Source: Podarcis vaucheri (Eukaryota). Taken from it: DNA of 64,000 nucleotides. The position numbers were made by a program, and so were the translations under genes. The notes under the pieces were generated by a model. The model searched no databases and was not told where the DNA came from. It saw nothing but the letters and a program-made list of their open reading frames with translations. Positions 12,405 through 25,007 of the stretch are shown in pieces. The DNA lies in the NCBI GenBank assembly GCA_965113315.1, contig OZ220372.1. One strand, written 5' to 3'. Position 1 is the first letter of the stretch, and each line of letters opens with the position of its first letter.

Positions 12405-13140
12405 AGATACGATAGGATAATCTTTATTGTCATTGTCCCATACAGAACAACGAAATTGAAAAAATCTACATCTGACATTCAAAAACCAACAAGCCTGCTA
12501 TCCCATCTATCCCAGCCTGGTTAACCCCCTAAAAACTCTGATACCCCATAATTGAATACAATATGCTCCCACAGAGACTACCTTACACTGCATTTAAAAC
12601 CAAAATCGCATTTGGATAGAAACTGTTTCTCAGGCAGCTAGTCCTAGTCTTTATAACCCCGTACCTTCCTCCAGAAGGCAGAAGCTGAAAGAGATCATAT
12701 TCTGCACTATCTCTGCAGCTTTCTTATGGCACCTGGAAGCGTAGATTTGATCCAAGGTGGGAAGAGTGCACCCAGTTATTCTCTCCACAGTCTCTACAAC
12801 CCTGGACAGCATTGTTTTTCCCTGATGATGCAGCTCCCAAACCACACACACAGACCATAAGTTAATACACTCTCCACAGTACACTGGTAAAATGCCATCA
12901 ACAGTTCCTTTGAGAGATTATTTTTCTGGAGGATTCTCAGAAATATAACCTCTGCTGTGCTCTCTTCATCAGATCTTTGCTGTTTTCTCCCCAGGTTAGG
13001 TCATCTCTCAACTCCATTCCCAGAAATCAAAACACCGAGACCTGTTCCACACACTTCCCCTCAATAATAAGTGGCTGAATATTCAATTTACACTTCCTAA
13101 AGTCCACAACACTCTTTTTGTTTTCTTTAAGTTAAGAGTA
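12405..13140 (-). mobile_element. Rex1/Babar-like LINE 3' fragment
   Basis: Minus strand encodes LSRVVETVERITGCTLPTLDQIY and, after a frameshift, FQLLPSGGRYG (Rex1-type LLPSGRRY motif); AATAAA plus short-repeat tail near 12410-12430. Confidence 0.75.
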
Positions 13141-13510
13141 GTAGAGATGAGAAGAAACTGGCTAACAGGTGCATTAAGAAAGGCCAGCATCTAGAGAAAG
13201 AAGCAAATGAAGGCTAAGTGGAGCAAGGTGAGGTAATAGCCTATGATGAGCCGGCAGTGCTGGATCAAACCAAAGACCTATCTACGCTCACATCCTGTAG
13301 CTAACCAAATATCTCCATGAAGACCATGAGCATAACATGACCCCTCTTCCACTTGTGTTCCCCGGCAATAGCATCCAGAGCCATGCTGCTTCTGATACTG
13401 AGTGTAAGAAAGCAGTCCTTCACACAGCGCTTAATTGAACTGTGGAACTCACTCCCACATGAGGCAGTGATGGCTAGCAACTTAAGATGGCTTGAAAAGA
13501 GAATGAGACA

Positions 13511-13962
13511 GTCGGTGGAAGAAGATTGGAAGAAATTTAAAGACTATTTACAGAAATATTGTAAAATTAATTAATGTTAGAATGATGTTAGAATGAAATT
13601 AAGTGGTTCTAGCAGCAATGTCATAAAGGTGTATGAAAAAATGGCCGGTTAATAGGTGAGAATCTAAAGCTATAAATTATTAAGTTAAAGGACTAAGACA
13701 AAAACAAAGAGGGAAAGGAATTGCTGAATTAACCAATTGAACTGGAATACAAAAAAGGGAGGTGAGAGGAGGTCAGGGAAGCAAGGAAATGAAATGTAAG
13801 ATACGGAAGGGTTAATTTGTTTTTAAGTGTTTTTTCTAACTTTTTTTCTATATTTTGTATTTTGTATGTTTTTTTCTTCTTCTATATTTTCCCTTGTCTC
13901 TTTTATTTTTAACTATGTAATTTTTTGTTTCTGAAATTTTAATAAATATCATTCAAAAAAAA
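13511..13962 (+). mobile_element. L1 3'-end insertion inside a CR1 3' fragment
   Basis: 18-bp TSD TGAAAAGAGAATGAGACA at 13493-13510 and 13963-13980; AATAAA and A-tail; EEDWKKFKDYLQKYC peptide. Confidence 0.85.
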
Positions 13963-14851
13963 TGAAAAGAGAATGAGACAAATCCTGGAGAAGGCTACAG
14001 TGGCTACTAGCTATGATGACTGATGCTCTGACTATAGTTCCTGGGATTATTTAGCAGAAACCACAAATGTTTAAATATTGCTTTAAATGTATTGTGCAGG
14101 TGGAGTCCAGGTGTTACTCCGCACACCCTTTGCATAACTAGATTCCAGGTTCCCCCGGAGGCGAGGGAACGACTCCTTAATTAATTTGAGGGTGTAACGA
14201 CAATGTGACCACAAGATTCATTACACCTGCAAACACCTGTTTGCCAAAACTCCTTCCTCAACCATATGGCATGAGCAAACGATCAGTGAACGTGCACAGG
14301 GTCTAACTATTAGTTACAGAATTTTGGAAATTAAAGCTTGCTACTGGGTCGAGGTCGAATTACTGCATCCTTGGCTTGCTGTGAGAGATATCCAGCCATT
14401 TGTAAGAGCTGGAACAAAGGTTAAAGTGCTAGTTAGGGATTAGCTCTACAGATAATATTTCATTCTATGTTAATTTCCCAAGTTAAATTATACTCCACTC
14501 TCCAGTTCCTGTCAGCACAACCCTATGGATGTTTTTGTCTGAAAGTACCGTAAGTACTATGACATTCAAGAGGGCTTACTCATGGGCAAGTGTGTCTAGG
14601 ATTGCAGCCTAAATGAGTTTCGTCCATGTGCTCCGATCAAGAGGAAAGCCTCAGGCTACATCCACACCATACATTTAAAACACGACAATACCACTTTAAT
14701 CAGTCATAGCTTCCTCTAAGGAATCCTGGGATCTGTTGCTTGTTAAGGTTGCTGGGAGCTTTTAGGAGATCCCATTCTCCTCACAGAGCTATGATTTCCA
14801 GAGTGGTTTTGCAATCAATCCCTTTCCCCAGGAAACTCTAGAGATTGGTAG

Positions 14852-15797
14852 TGTTATAGGAATTCTAAGGTCTCTCATATATATATAACGTTCATAAATT
14901 TACAAGGCAAACACATACATAAGTATATAAACCACGTGTCTGAAATAGTATAGGAGAGCAATCCTGAAACCATTTTGATTCTCCCAAACTGACCTCAGAT
15001 ATTTCTCTGCAAAGAGGAAGGGAATAGGCAAGCCTCTCCATTGTCTTTTTCTTACCTGTGTTAAGGGCCTATGTGTGTATGAATAGGGTGAGCCTGTGAC
15101 CTGGATTCAGGAATTCAAGTATTTACCATCAACAAAAGAATGGCCGGGCTGTCCGGGAAATGCAATCAGTGACCATTATCAGGTATCCTGGAAGATAGGA
15201 TTTCTGCTGTAGACTGCTTCTTTCTGTGATGTATGTATGATGTTTTGGGGGTGGTCTCTGGCTACAGGGTGGGCAATTTCAAAAGTCTATACAGTGGTAC
15301 GTCTAGTTGTGGACTTAATCCGTTTTGGGGTGCTGTTTGTACCCTGAAAAGTCTGCAAATAGAGCGCCTCTTCCGTGCATGTGCGTGGCGCGAATGAGTG
15401 CTTCTGCACATGCGCAAAGCGCACATATCGCTTTTGCACATGCGTGAAGCACACAAATCGCTTCTGCGCATGCATGCGTGGCAAACCCAGAAGTAAACAC
15501 TTCCGGGTTTGCCACGTTCGTAAGCTGATAGTCCGTAACAAGAGCGGAATGCTACTAGAGGTACCACTGTATAAGGGCTTGCACAGCATTGTTCTGGGTC
15601 CTCTTCCTCTCCTGCGTGTGAGGGGAGTACCCTGTTGCAACAGTTAATAAAGATCAGGCTTACTAGCTGCCTTGCTTCTCAATATTCTCTGGTTGGCTTC
15701 TGTTATTTCATCCTTTTGACAGGGGACCCACTTAAGGACTCTATACGGACTCTTGGATACCCCATAAGGGAAAAGGAGCAGTACTTTTCTTATAACA
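14852..15797 (+). mobile_element. Solo LTR (same family as 1169-1859) carrying a MITE
   Basis: TGTTATAG...CTTATAACA, 4-bp TSD GTAG, AATAAA near 15646. Confidence 0.9.
15292..15569. mobile_element. Tc1/mariner MITE inserted in the LTR TATA box
   Basis: TIR CAGTGGTAC / GTACCACTG with TA TSD; internal GCACATGCG repeats. Confidence 0.9.
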
Positions 15798-16162
15798 GTA
15801 GACTACAAGTCCCATCAGGCCTGGACATTTGCCATGCTTGCTGAGGCTGATGGGAGTTGGAAGTTTGACCTCAATCGTTTCTTTTTCCCTTTCCTTTTTC
15901 TCGGCTGAGTCAGCCCAGCAGTCTCTGTGGCCCAGCAAACTCATCCTAGCTTGTGCCCAGAGCAGCTGCAAAGTGTGCCAAGTGCTGTCCGTGGACTGAG
16001 AGTGCTGATCTATGGGGAGTGGGAGGACACAAGACCAGTTTCGGCAGCCCTCCTCGTGTACTGACCCTGTGGCTGGCAGGAGGAGGCAGGAAAGGCCAGT
16101 TACAACACTTCTGGGTAAAGGGCCTCTCCCTACTAAAGAGAATGCCCAGCCCCTCTCAAAGG

Positions 16163-16527
16163 TAAGGTAAAGGTAAAGGTACCCCTGCCCGAACGGGCCA
16201 GTCTTGACAGACTGTGGGGTTTGTGCGCCCATCTCACATTTATTGGCCGGGGGCCAGCGCTGTCCGGGGACACTTCCGGGTCACGTGGCCAGCGTGACAT
16301 CGCTGCTCTGGCGAGCCAGAGCCGCACACGGAACGCCGTTTACCTTCCCGCTGGTAAGCGGTACCTATTTATCTACTTGCACCCGGAGGTGCTTTCGAAC
16401 TGCTAGGTGGGCAGGCGCTGGGACCGAACAGCGGGAGCGCACCCCGCCGCGGGGATTCGAACCACCGACCTTTCGATCGGCAAGCCCTAGGCGTTGAGGC
16501 TTTAGCCCACAGCGCCACCCGCGTCCC
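16163..16527 (-). mobile_element. Sauria SINE, young copy
   Basis: GGGACGCGGGTGGCGCTGTGG head, B-box GGTTCGAATCC, (ACCTTT)n tail; TSD about CTCTCAAAGGTA. Confidence 0.93.
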
Positions 16528-16551
16528 TTCTCTCAAAGGTACTTTTGCATG

Positions 16552-16808
16552 ATAGAAAGTAAGTGGATTACAGCTGTAAAGATTGTTAAAAGAAAAGAAA
16601 AGAATACAACTAGATATAATTAAGGGTGAGGATTTGCTGAATTAAACTTGAAACTGGAATGCAGAAAGGGGAGGTATGAGGAGGCCGGTGAAGTAAGTTT
16701 TAAGAAAATAAGGTTTTGAAATTATACTTGTTTGTTTGTTTTTGTGTTTGTTTGTGTGTATTTTATAATTTGTGAAAACTTAATAAATATCTTTAAAAAA
16801 ACAAACAA
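16552..16808 (+). mobile_element. L1 3'-end insertion
   Basis: 18-bp TSD CAAAGGTACTTTTGCATG at 16534-16551 and 16809-16826; AATAAA and A-rich tail; resembles 13511-13962. Confidence 0.8.
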
Positions 16809-17172
16809 CAAAGGTACTTTTGCATGTACCCAGGAATACGATCTTTTCAAGGCAACACACAAGAACATTAAAAGCAACCACAGGAAGTACTCCACGCCAC
16901 CCGCGTTTTTAACTTCCCTTGATGGAGGGTTTTATTTCTGTGCCTATAGAGATGATTCTGAATAAGTCTAGTGATGCACTGGGAGCACACGCTGGCCCAC
17001 CCAGGTTGCTGCTGGGTGGAAGCAATCCAAGCAATCAGATGCAGCCCCCGCGATTCTTCCTTTCATTGCTGCTCCGTAGAAGCAGGGGAACTGCGTGCTT
17101 TGCCAAGAGATAAAACTTCGGTGCTCAGCCAGGGCTGCAGGCACTGCTGAAAACTTTTTCACCTGCCAAGTA

Positions 17173-17414
17173 CAGTGGTACCTCGGGTTAAGTACTTAAT
17201 TCATTCCGGAGGTCTGTACTTAACCTGAAACTGTTCCTAACCTGAAGCACCACTTTAGCTAATGGGGCCTCCTGCTGCTGCCGCGCCGCCAGAGCCCGAT
17301 TTCTGTTCTCATCCTGAAGCAAAGTTCTTAACCTGAAGCACTATTTCTGGGTTAGCGGAGTCTGTAACCTGAAGCGTATGTAACCTGAAGCGTATGTAAC
17401 CTGAGATACCACTG
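17173..17414. mobile_element. Tc1/mariner MITE, family A
   Basis: Same TIRs, TA TSD. Confidence 0.9.
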
Positions 17415-18612
17415 TATTGTAATTCTATTTTTTCTCTCTTTATGCTAATCATTTTCAAAGCATGCAAAAAAGGTGCACTATGTATACACAAATGAAGTCA
17501 GACAGACAAAAAGCAGGCAACTTCAGGCATCATATAAATAAAACGAATACTTTCAACACAAATGCCATTATGGACAGGTATTATACCTAAGTGGCTCCCT
17601 TACATCTTATTCTCATGACCCCCCCTGTAGAGTAGCTTAAGCTAAGTGGCAATGCCTGGCCTTAGGTTACCCAACAAATGTCATGGCTTAGGGGAGATTT
17701 GAACCTGGGTCTCCTCAGCCATGCTCATGGCTACAGCACACCGCCTTGTCAACAAAAGAGTAAATACAGCCGGAATGATATGTTAGAAAGTTCAGAGTGC
17801 TAAGCTGTTCTGGCTTCTGTGCAAGCCCCAAGAGATGTAATATATTATGACTGCTTTCTGAGAAGAGGAATTACCGGAGAGGCGAGCTTTCTTTACTAAG
17901 TAATGGGCATGAATGAACTGCCTCTAAAAAAATTAAGGCAATCTTCTCTCCCATTCTAAACATAGATACATAGATAGATAGAGTGATGAGCAAGCTCTCC
18001 AGCAACGCATTTCTGAGACCAGGGCGCATGCTTGGAGGATGCACGGAGGAATAGCTTAACAAATGAAGAAACAGAAGTGGAATGATTTGCAAGCTCAGAT
18101 AAACATGGGGGCCGGGGCAAGAGTATCAGATGTGTTTGGGCTGCCTTATCAGAAACCATTAATCACAACGGCCTCTGTTCCTTAGGTAAAGCAAACTTAT
18201 GAAACAGAGCAGGAAATCTGCCAGATCAACAAGCGGCAAGATAATGACTGGGTTGCAAGGCTCTGAGAACGGGGGAGGGAAACAGAAAAGGTGAAGGCTT
18301 ATCTAGATGATCAGTTCAAAATGTGCTCCGTAATCCCGCAAGTTCCAATGCAAAGGCTAACAGTGAAGTATCTAGCACACAGCAATAAAAGGAGGGATGG
18401 TTCCATGTGCTTGTTTTTAAAAGGGGCTAATTCTGAACATGATCTACGAAAGGGAATGCCCTTCAGTTATCGGACACCAGCTCCCATCAGCCTCAGCCAG
18501 CATGGGTTTCCAAGCTGACAAACACACTTCCCCCTCTACATTTTGTTCTCATAACAACTCAGCAAGGTAGGTTAGGCTGAGTGGGGATTTGAACCCTAGT
18601 CTCCCAGTTCCT

Positions 18613-18970
18613 GGGACGCGGGTGGCACTGTGGGTTAAATCACAGAGCCTAGGACTTGCTGATCAGAAGGTCGGCGGTTCGAATCCTCATGACGGGGTGA
18701 GCTCCCATTGCTCGGTCCCAGTTCCTGCCAACCTAGCAGTTCGAAAGCACGTCAAAGTGCAAGTAGATAAATAGGTACCACTCTGGCGGGAAGGTAAACA
18801 GCGTTTCCATGCACTGGTCTGGTTCGCCAGAAGTGGCTTAGTCATGCTGGCCACATGACCCGGAAGCTGTATGCTGGCTCCCTTGGCCAATAAAGCGAGA
18901 TGAGCACCGCAACCCCAGAGTTGGCCACGAATGGACCTAATGGTCAGGGGTCCCTTTACCTTTACTTTAC
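18613..18970 (+). mobile_element. Sauria SINE
   Basis: Head and tail as above; 12-bp TSD CTCCCAGTTCCT. Confidence 0.93.
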
Positions 18971-20074
18971 CTCCCAGTTCCTAGTCTAACACTCTGACCA
19001 CTACACCACACTATAGTCCAGCCGTTTGTGGAGGGAACATATTGGCTATCCCAATATAGAATGCAGTTCAGCCTTCCCAAGAACGCCCTCTAGAATCCTC
19101 CCCTCTGCAACACACATACTCCCCAAAGTGTCCTGCATTTCAGCAGCTCTCTGCCCTTTGGCACATAAGGACTGCTATTCAGGAAAGTGTGAAACTTTGT
19201 CCCCCTTGGTGCAATGTGCTAACTCGCTGCAGAGCTCTTTGGATCTGAGCCAAACTCTACAGAAACCTTTGCCTGACAGCAACTCCCATCAAGGCAAAAA
19301 GTCAAAAGTTCCGGAACCAGGGACATGTGGGCCACTCTTGTTAAAAGAAACAAAAAACCCCGCAAACGCACTGATCAAACATCTGGTGAGGATGAGGGCT
19401 AAAATCCAGTTCTCCTCGGTGCAGTTTGTTTTATGGGGGCAACAGAAATATAGATGCACAGCCCACACTTTGCCTGAGGTCTTTAGCTCTTTTGCAAGTT
19501 CCTACTTTATAGGCTGAGCAATGGCAAAAATATCATGCCTTAGCAAAGGATTGCATATTGTTGCCCATCCACCATTTTGCAGCAACTATCCTGGAATTCA
19601 GTGACCAGTGTGGCATAACTACCACAATGCCTTTAGATACCCACTATCTTGGCATCTACCTCGATCCACCCAATTGTAAATCTATATCTGTATTTTAATA
19701 GGGTAGTGCGCTTTATTTGTAGCTGCACAGTGGATGCTCGGGCTGCGAACGTGATCCGTGTGGGAGGCACGTTCGCAACCTGCAGTGTTCGCAACCCGCA
19801 GCGCCACGTCTGTGTGGGTTGCCATTTGGTGCTTCTGTGCATGCGCAAGTGCCAAAACCCGGAAGTAACCCGTTCTGGTACACATGTAGATGGAGACAGA
19901 GACACATCCAAAACAGCATCATCTGTGCAACATAAAATGTAATTAGCCCTATACCTTTTAAAAACACCTTTGTGATTGGTAGTCATTTTAGTTACAACTT
20001 TGGTTGATAGCTGTCATTCTTTTCTTTTATCCCCCCCCCAACCCTTATATATACTGCATTTATTAATTCCTTTA

Positions 20075-20436
20075 GGGACGCGGGTGGCGCTGTGGGCTAA
20101 AGCCTCAACGCCTAGGGCTTGCCGATCGAAAGGTCGGCGGTTCAAATCCCCGCGGCGGGGTGCGCTCCCGCTGTTCGGTCCCAGCGCCTGCCCACCTAGC
20201 AGTTCGAAAGCACCTCCGGGTGCAAGTAGATAAATAGGTACCGCTTACCAGCGGGAAGGTAAACGGCGTTCCGTGTGCGGCTCTGGCTCGCCAGAGCAGC
20301 GATGTCACGCTGGCCACGTGACCCAGAAGTGTCCCCGGACAGCGCTGGCCCCCGGCCAATAAATGTGAGATGGGCGCACAAACCCCACAGTCTGTCAAGA
20401 CTGGCCCGTTCGGGCAGGGGTACCTTTACCTTTACC
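20075..20436 (+). mobile_element. Sauria SINE, young copy, inverted near-twin of 16163-16527
   Basis: 15-bp TSD TTTATTAATTCCTTT; about 3 differences from the other copy. Confidence 0.93.
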
Positions 20437-20922
20437 TTTATTAATTCCTTTGGACTTTTTTAAAAGGCTGGTTGATACATACATAAAACTATTTGTATGG
20501 GCTATATTACATTTATATGCCACTTTTTCTTCCAAAGATCTCAAGGTGATGTGCATGGTTCTCTCCTACCTCCCCCGTTATCATCGCAAGCCTGTGTGGC
20601 AGGTTAGGCTAAGGGACTGTGACTGATCCAAGATCACCCACTGAGTTTCCCACCCCAGGTCCTAGCCCAACAGTCAAATTCTACAAATATGATAGCCAAC
20701 GTGACACCAGGTGCACAGAGAAAGGAGGCTCACATGTAATTCCCCACTGCGAGCGGAAGAAAAAAAGTCTGTACAGGACAACGGATTGCTGCAAAAACAT
20801 GCTGTACTTCACAGTCTTCATCGCATCCTGTCACAACACCGACCTCTGAAACGGTTGCACAATTTGGTGCAATCTAAACGGAATGTAAACAAACAGATTT
20901 CTTCCAATTTGCCAAAAAATAA

Positions 20923-20928
20923 TTTATT
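20923..20928 (-). terminator. Candidate distal poly(A) signal of SLC37A3
   Basis: AATAAA on the minus strand followed by U/GU-rich sequence; a more proximal AATAAA lies near 24504-24509. Confidence 0.35.
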
Positions 20929-21662
20929 CATGTGAAAACCGATTTGGAAAGTTGACAGCGTTTCCTCAATTGACACAAAGCAGAGTGTAACGAACAGTAA
21001 TACTGGGGCCGGGGGGGGGGAGAGGTAAAGTGTCTAATGTTGTCAGTTAAGCAAGGGCAGTGTTTCGAAGCACCCCTGGAACAGCCAGGCATCAAGTCTT
21101 TGAAAAGGACTGCCTTGCAAGAGGACTAATGCAGCGTGGAGCCCAACCGCTTGTGCTGAAGCTTACAGCTATGTGGCAGAAGTGGATTGGGCACACTTAT
21201 CTCCTTGGAATATAGCCTTAGCCAGGGATGCAAGGACAAGCATGCGATCTCAGCCCTAACCCACCCTGCCGCACTCCCCAAGTTGGAAGGAGCATCTTTC
21301 GAAGAGGAGAGCCCTTTCTACTCTTCCGGGGTTTCCAAATTGTGCGGGGATCTGGCATGCGCACGTCAGTCTCCCCGACAGAGATATTCAGCCTTCACCA
21401 CATGTGAAGGCTGTGGGAGGCGCAACAGTGAGGGGCTGGAGGCAGTGTGGCCAAGGACCACCACCCCTATTTCTCCATCACATGACAGGGATCAAGTAAG
21501 GGCCTGTGTCAAAATCACTTCCCCCACAGGTTAGCGCTGCTGTCTGTCTTCACCCCTAGTAAGCCAAAACCATGTGGGCGACCATCTTGAATTTTTGAGG
21601 CGGTTCTCACACGTTTCCCCCCTAGCCACGCTGTGCAAAGCAGGGAGCAGAACGAAGTACTG

Positions 21663-21800
21663 CAGCCTTTTTCAACTTGTGGGTCCCCAGATGTTGTTGA
21701 ACTACAACTCCCATCACCCCTAGCTAGCAAGGCCAGAGCTCAGGGATGATGGGAGCTGTAGTCCAACAACATCTGGGGACCCACAGGTTGAGAACCACTG
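21663..21800. mobile_element. Palindromic hAT MITE
   Basis: 8-bp TSD AAGTACTG; long internal inverted arms. Confidence 0.85.
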
Positions 21801-24800
21801 AAGTACTGGATCTACGTCAAAGACCCTGCTCTTTGTGGATCTCCTCAATCAAGCTGCCGAATATCTTTTTGGGGGGGCGGAGAAGAGAATGGCAGTGTGT
21901 GTGGTACATCCTGAAACTTGGAAAAGGTAAAATAAAAAAATGGAGGTTGCGCCAACACTGTGCCCTGCAGATGTTGCTAGACTCCCTTCAGCTCCAGCCG
22001 GCACGGCAAAGAGGCAATGATGCTGACAGACACCATCCAGCAGTGTCTGCAGGGCGCCATGTTGGCTCAAGCATTGGAGCTTGTGGCTTTCCTACTAGGC
22101 CACGTCAGCGTCTTCTAAAAAGTACCTCAGGGATAAAAGCAAAAGTGGAAGCATGAAGTACCACAGACAGCCTGATGTTGCAGCCGAGTGGGAAGGAGCA
22201 AGGCCTTCCTACCTCTCACACAGCCTTTGCCAACGTGAAACTACCCAGATGTTTTGGACTACAACCCCCTTCAGTCTCAGCCACCACAGCGCTGGCAGGG
22301 GCCGATGGGATCGGTAGTCCTAGGCGTTTGGAGGTACACTCTGGTTTCTCTTCAGGGCATATAAAATCTTTTCTACACGTGTGGCTGTCACCAGGGTGGA
22401 GAAAGCTGTTCTGATGGATAGGACGGCAAAGGGGAAATAATGTTTTAAAATGTGGGAGATGGGAGGAAAGAAGTCTTTTCTTTTTTTTAAGGAGACGCCT
22501 AGGAATCAAGCCACCACATACTGAAGATGGCGGAACAGAGCAACACACTGCTGGGAAGGCGTACAGAGCAGTTGAGCGCCACAGGTCAAGGAGAGGCCTT
22601 TAAGGTAGCCGTAACATGATTCAACAAGGACATTCATAAATAAAAACATTTTTTTCTTTTTTAAAAAAGGTATCACTGTACATTAAGTTTCTATAAAGGC
22701 ATTATTAGAAAAAGAACAGAAAAAAAATCCCTTTCCCCAAATTCATGCCTTAACAATTAAGTGTTTCTTCCCCTTCGGTCTCAGCAGCACACAAAGAAAA
22801 CTGAGGTGAAAATTCATTGGCAAGGAGACATGCAAGTCAGCAGACACAGAGTAAGTAAGGTTTTCTGAGGTGGGCTGAGGGTTTGACAGTCCCAAGTGAC
22901 TCAAAGAATTTTGTGGTGCATTTTTTAGATCCAATTTAAATAAATAATCTCTCCTTTTTGCAATCTAGGCTGACCCGTTTCCCTGCCACCAAATCCAATC
23001 AAAGAACAGGTAAGGTAGCAAGCAGTGTGCTGGATCAAGCCAGAGAAACCCACAGATCTATCCCATAGGTGCCCATTATCCCACGGGCATAATGAACAGA
23101 GCTTATTTGGGCAAAACTCTTAAGACACATGGGAATGGACAGCACACTGCTTAGCTAAACAAAACCTGGGGAAGTCGCTGCTTGAAACGAGCCTATGTAC
23201 ATTGACTTTTACATGTAGATGCCCTGGGTTGATGTCAGATAACAAGGCAGACACAGCACCGGATTTGGCGACAGGTATCACCCAGAGCCTAGTGGCCTTC
23301 TACTCCCATGCCATGAACTTCCAGGGCAGACCTATACCTTAAGCAAAAGAACATGCCAAAACCAGCTGAGCTCTCCTCTTCCCTGCTATAACATCTAGAT
23401 CGATTTGCCTGAAGCCCCGGCACCGCTAAACTGAGCACTTCCCTGCTCTCATTCCAGAGTGTTGGTTGCTGCTAGCAAGGCTCAGTGTGACAACATCAGG
23501 ATGCTAACCTAGTTGAACTAGAGATTATGGAGAAGGGAAGACCTCAACCTAGAAAGTCTGCCCTCTTTCCTGTCCTTGTAATGCCTTCGGTGCAGGCCAA
23601 AGGATCACTCTGATCACTCCGTCAGGGATCATGACTTGGATGACTCCCTAATGAGAAATTAGGTCTTTACTTCTCTCGCAGGATACTGAAAAGTATAAAT
23701 CACCCCAGCTGATTGGAGAAGGACAATATCAGATGATTACCCCTTCCCTTTTGATTGCTCATAAGCCCATTCAAACTCCTAACATCCTAAATTTTAAGGA
23801 CTCTGGTGAAACTTTTGATTATCACCCTCCTCTGTGAATTATTTGGCTTTGCACCTCTCCCAGAGATGCAGCCTCATTCTCACACATCAGGCAGTTAAGA
23901 GAAGAATATATCAAGTATGGAATGCAACTGCACTGTTAAGACACGGACAGGTTAAATTAACACAGGCAACCTGGACAGGACAAACATTCATAAATCAAAA
24001 TAAAAACACAACAACCATTCTTTATACAAGAGTGGGCTAAGGATCTGGGCTGCTTCCAAAGGTTCCTGCTGTGTATTTTGTAAATACAGGGCCAGGTAGA
24101 AACCAGGAGGCAGGTGCTTGGCACAATGCGTTTACAACACACACACATACACACACCAAAACCCAGCACTGGACTGGACCAAGCCTGATTTATAGTGTCA
24201 AGTAATGAAACAGCTTTCCCCTGACTTTGCTATAAAAAAAGCTGCAAAAAGGGGGTGTCAGTTGTAGCGATCTGGCTGCTGTCAGGTGTCCAGATGCAAT
24301 TTACAAGCGACTGATAAGAGCCAGTTTATAAAGTTATCAGCATCAAGTGGAGAGGCATGCCCCAGATTGTTCCATCTCAGGCTGCAGGTGGCGGTGGGGT
24401 TTTGCACATTTATATGATTCCTACATCTGCCAATAGAATTCCCTCCACTGAGACAGCAGATTTGAACTCCTCTCTTGGATTTGCTCATTTTCTACCCGCA
24501 AGATTTATTTTGTGGAGGGCGTATTCAAAGCTGAGATCACCCACCTGCAGCCCAAAATGTTGTAGTCCAAGCAGGGGAGTGGGAGATGAGTTTTAAGATT
24601 TGATCCTGGTGATTGCCAAAACTGGCTCCAAGAACCAGAGGTAAAACTGGGGCGTGGGGAGAATGTCTCTCTGGCCAGTTCTGCAAGCCCACTATAAACA
24701 TACAGACACCTCCAGGTTGCAGGTGGCTGCAGCGTATCTTCAGGTGGTATTAGGGCATTCAGACCCAAACTTCGCAGCAGCAAATTCTTTTGTGGCCATC

Positions 24801-24914
24801 AACCGCAGATGTAAGTGACAAAGTAAACATTAGCTGCTTGATGTCCTGAAACTCCCTTCCGCTTAGTGGTCCTTCCTTGGACAGTTCCGCTGAGTGGTGC
24901 AGAGAAGGGGGAGG

Positions 24915-25007
24915 TCAGCCAGCCAACCTGCGCAAACGCCTCTCTGCCCGCAGCATCTTTATTTCATTTACTATTAAAGGCGTGATGAAGAGCACCGTTA
25001 AACCGAT
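24915..25007 (-). CDS. SLC37A3: SLC37A3 last coding exon (exon 15), with stop codon
   Basis: ttgcag|IGLTVLFITPLIVNEIKMLRAERRLRRLAG*; corresponds to the last TM helix. Confidence 0.88.
   Translation of the reverse strand: MGLTVLFITPLIVNEIKMLRAERRLRRLAG

Noticed and set aside
16133-16497. Duplicated 97-aa, 64-aa and 61-aa ORFs, also at 20105-20463, suggesting a duplicated small gene
   Set aside because: They are translations of two Sauria SINE copies.
1-21000. KDM7A exons expected from synteny
   Set aside because: No PHD/JmjC-coding exon or second CpG island was found; the gene is presumably outside the window.
23400-23830. Possible LTR remnant (GTATAAAT and short internal duplications)
   Set aside because: No TG/CA termini, TSD or second copy could be defined.
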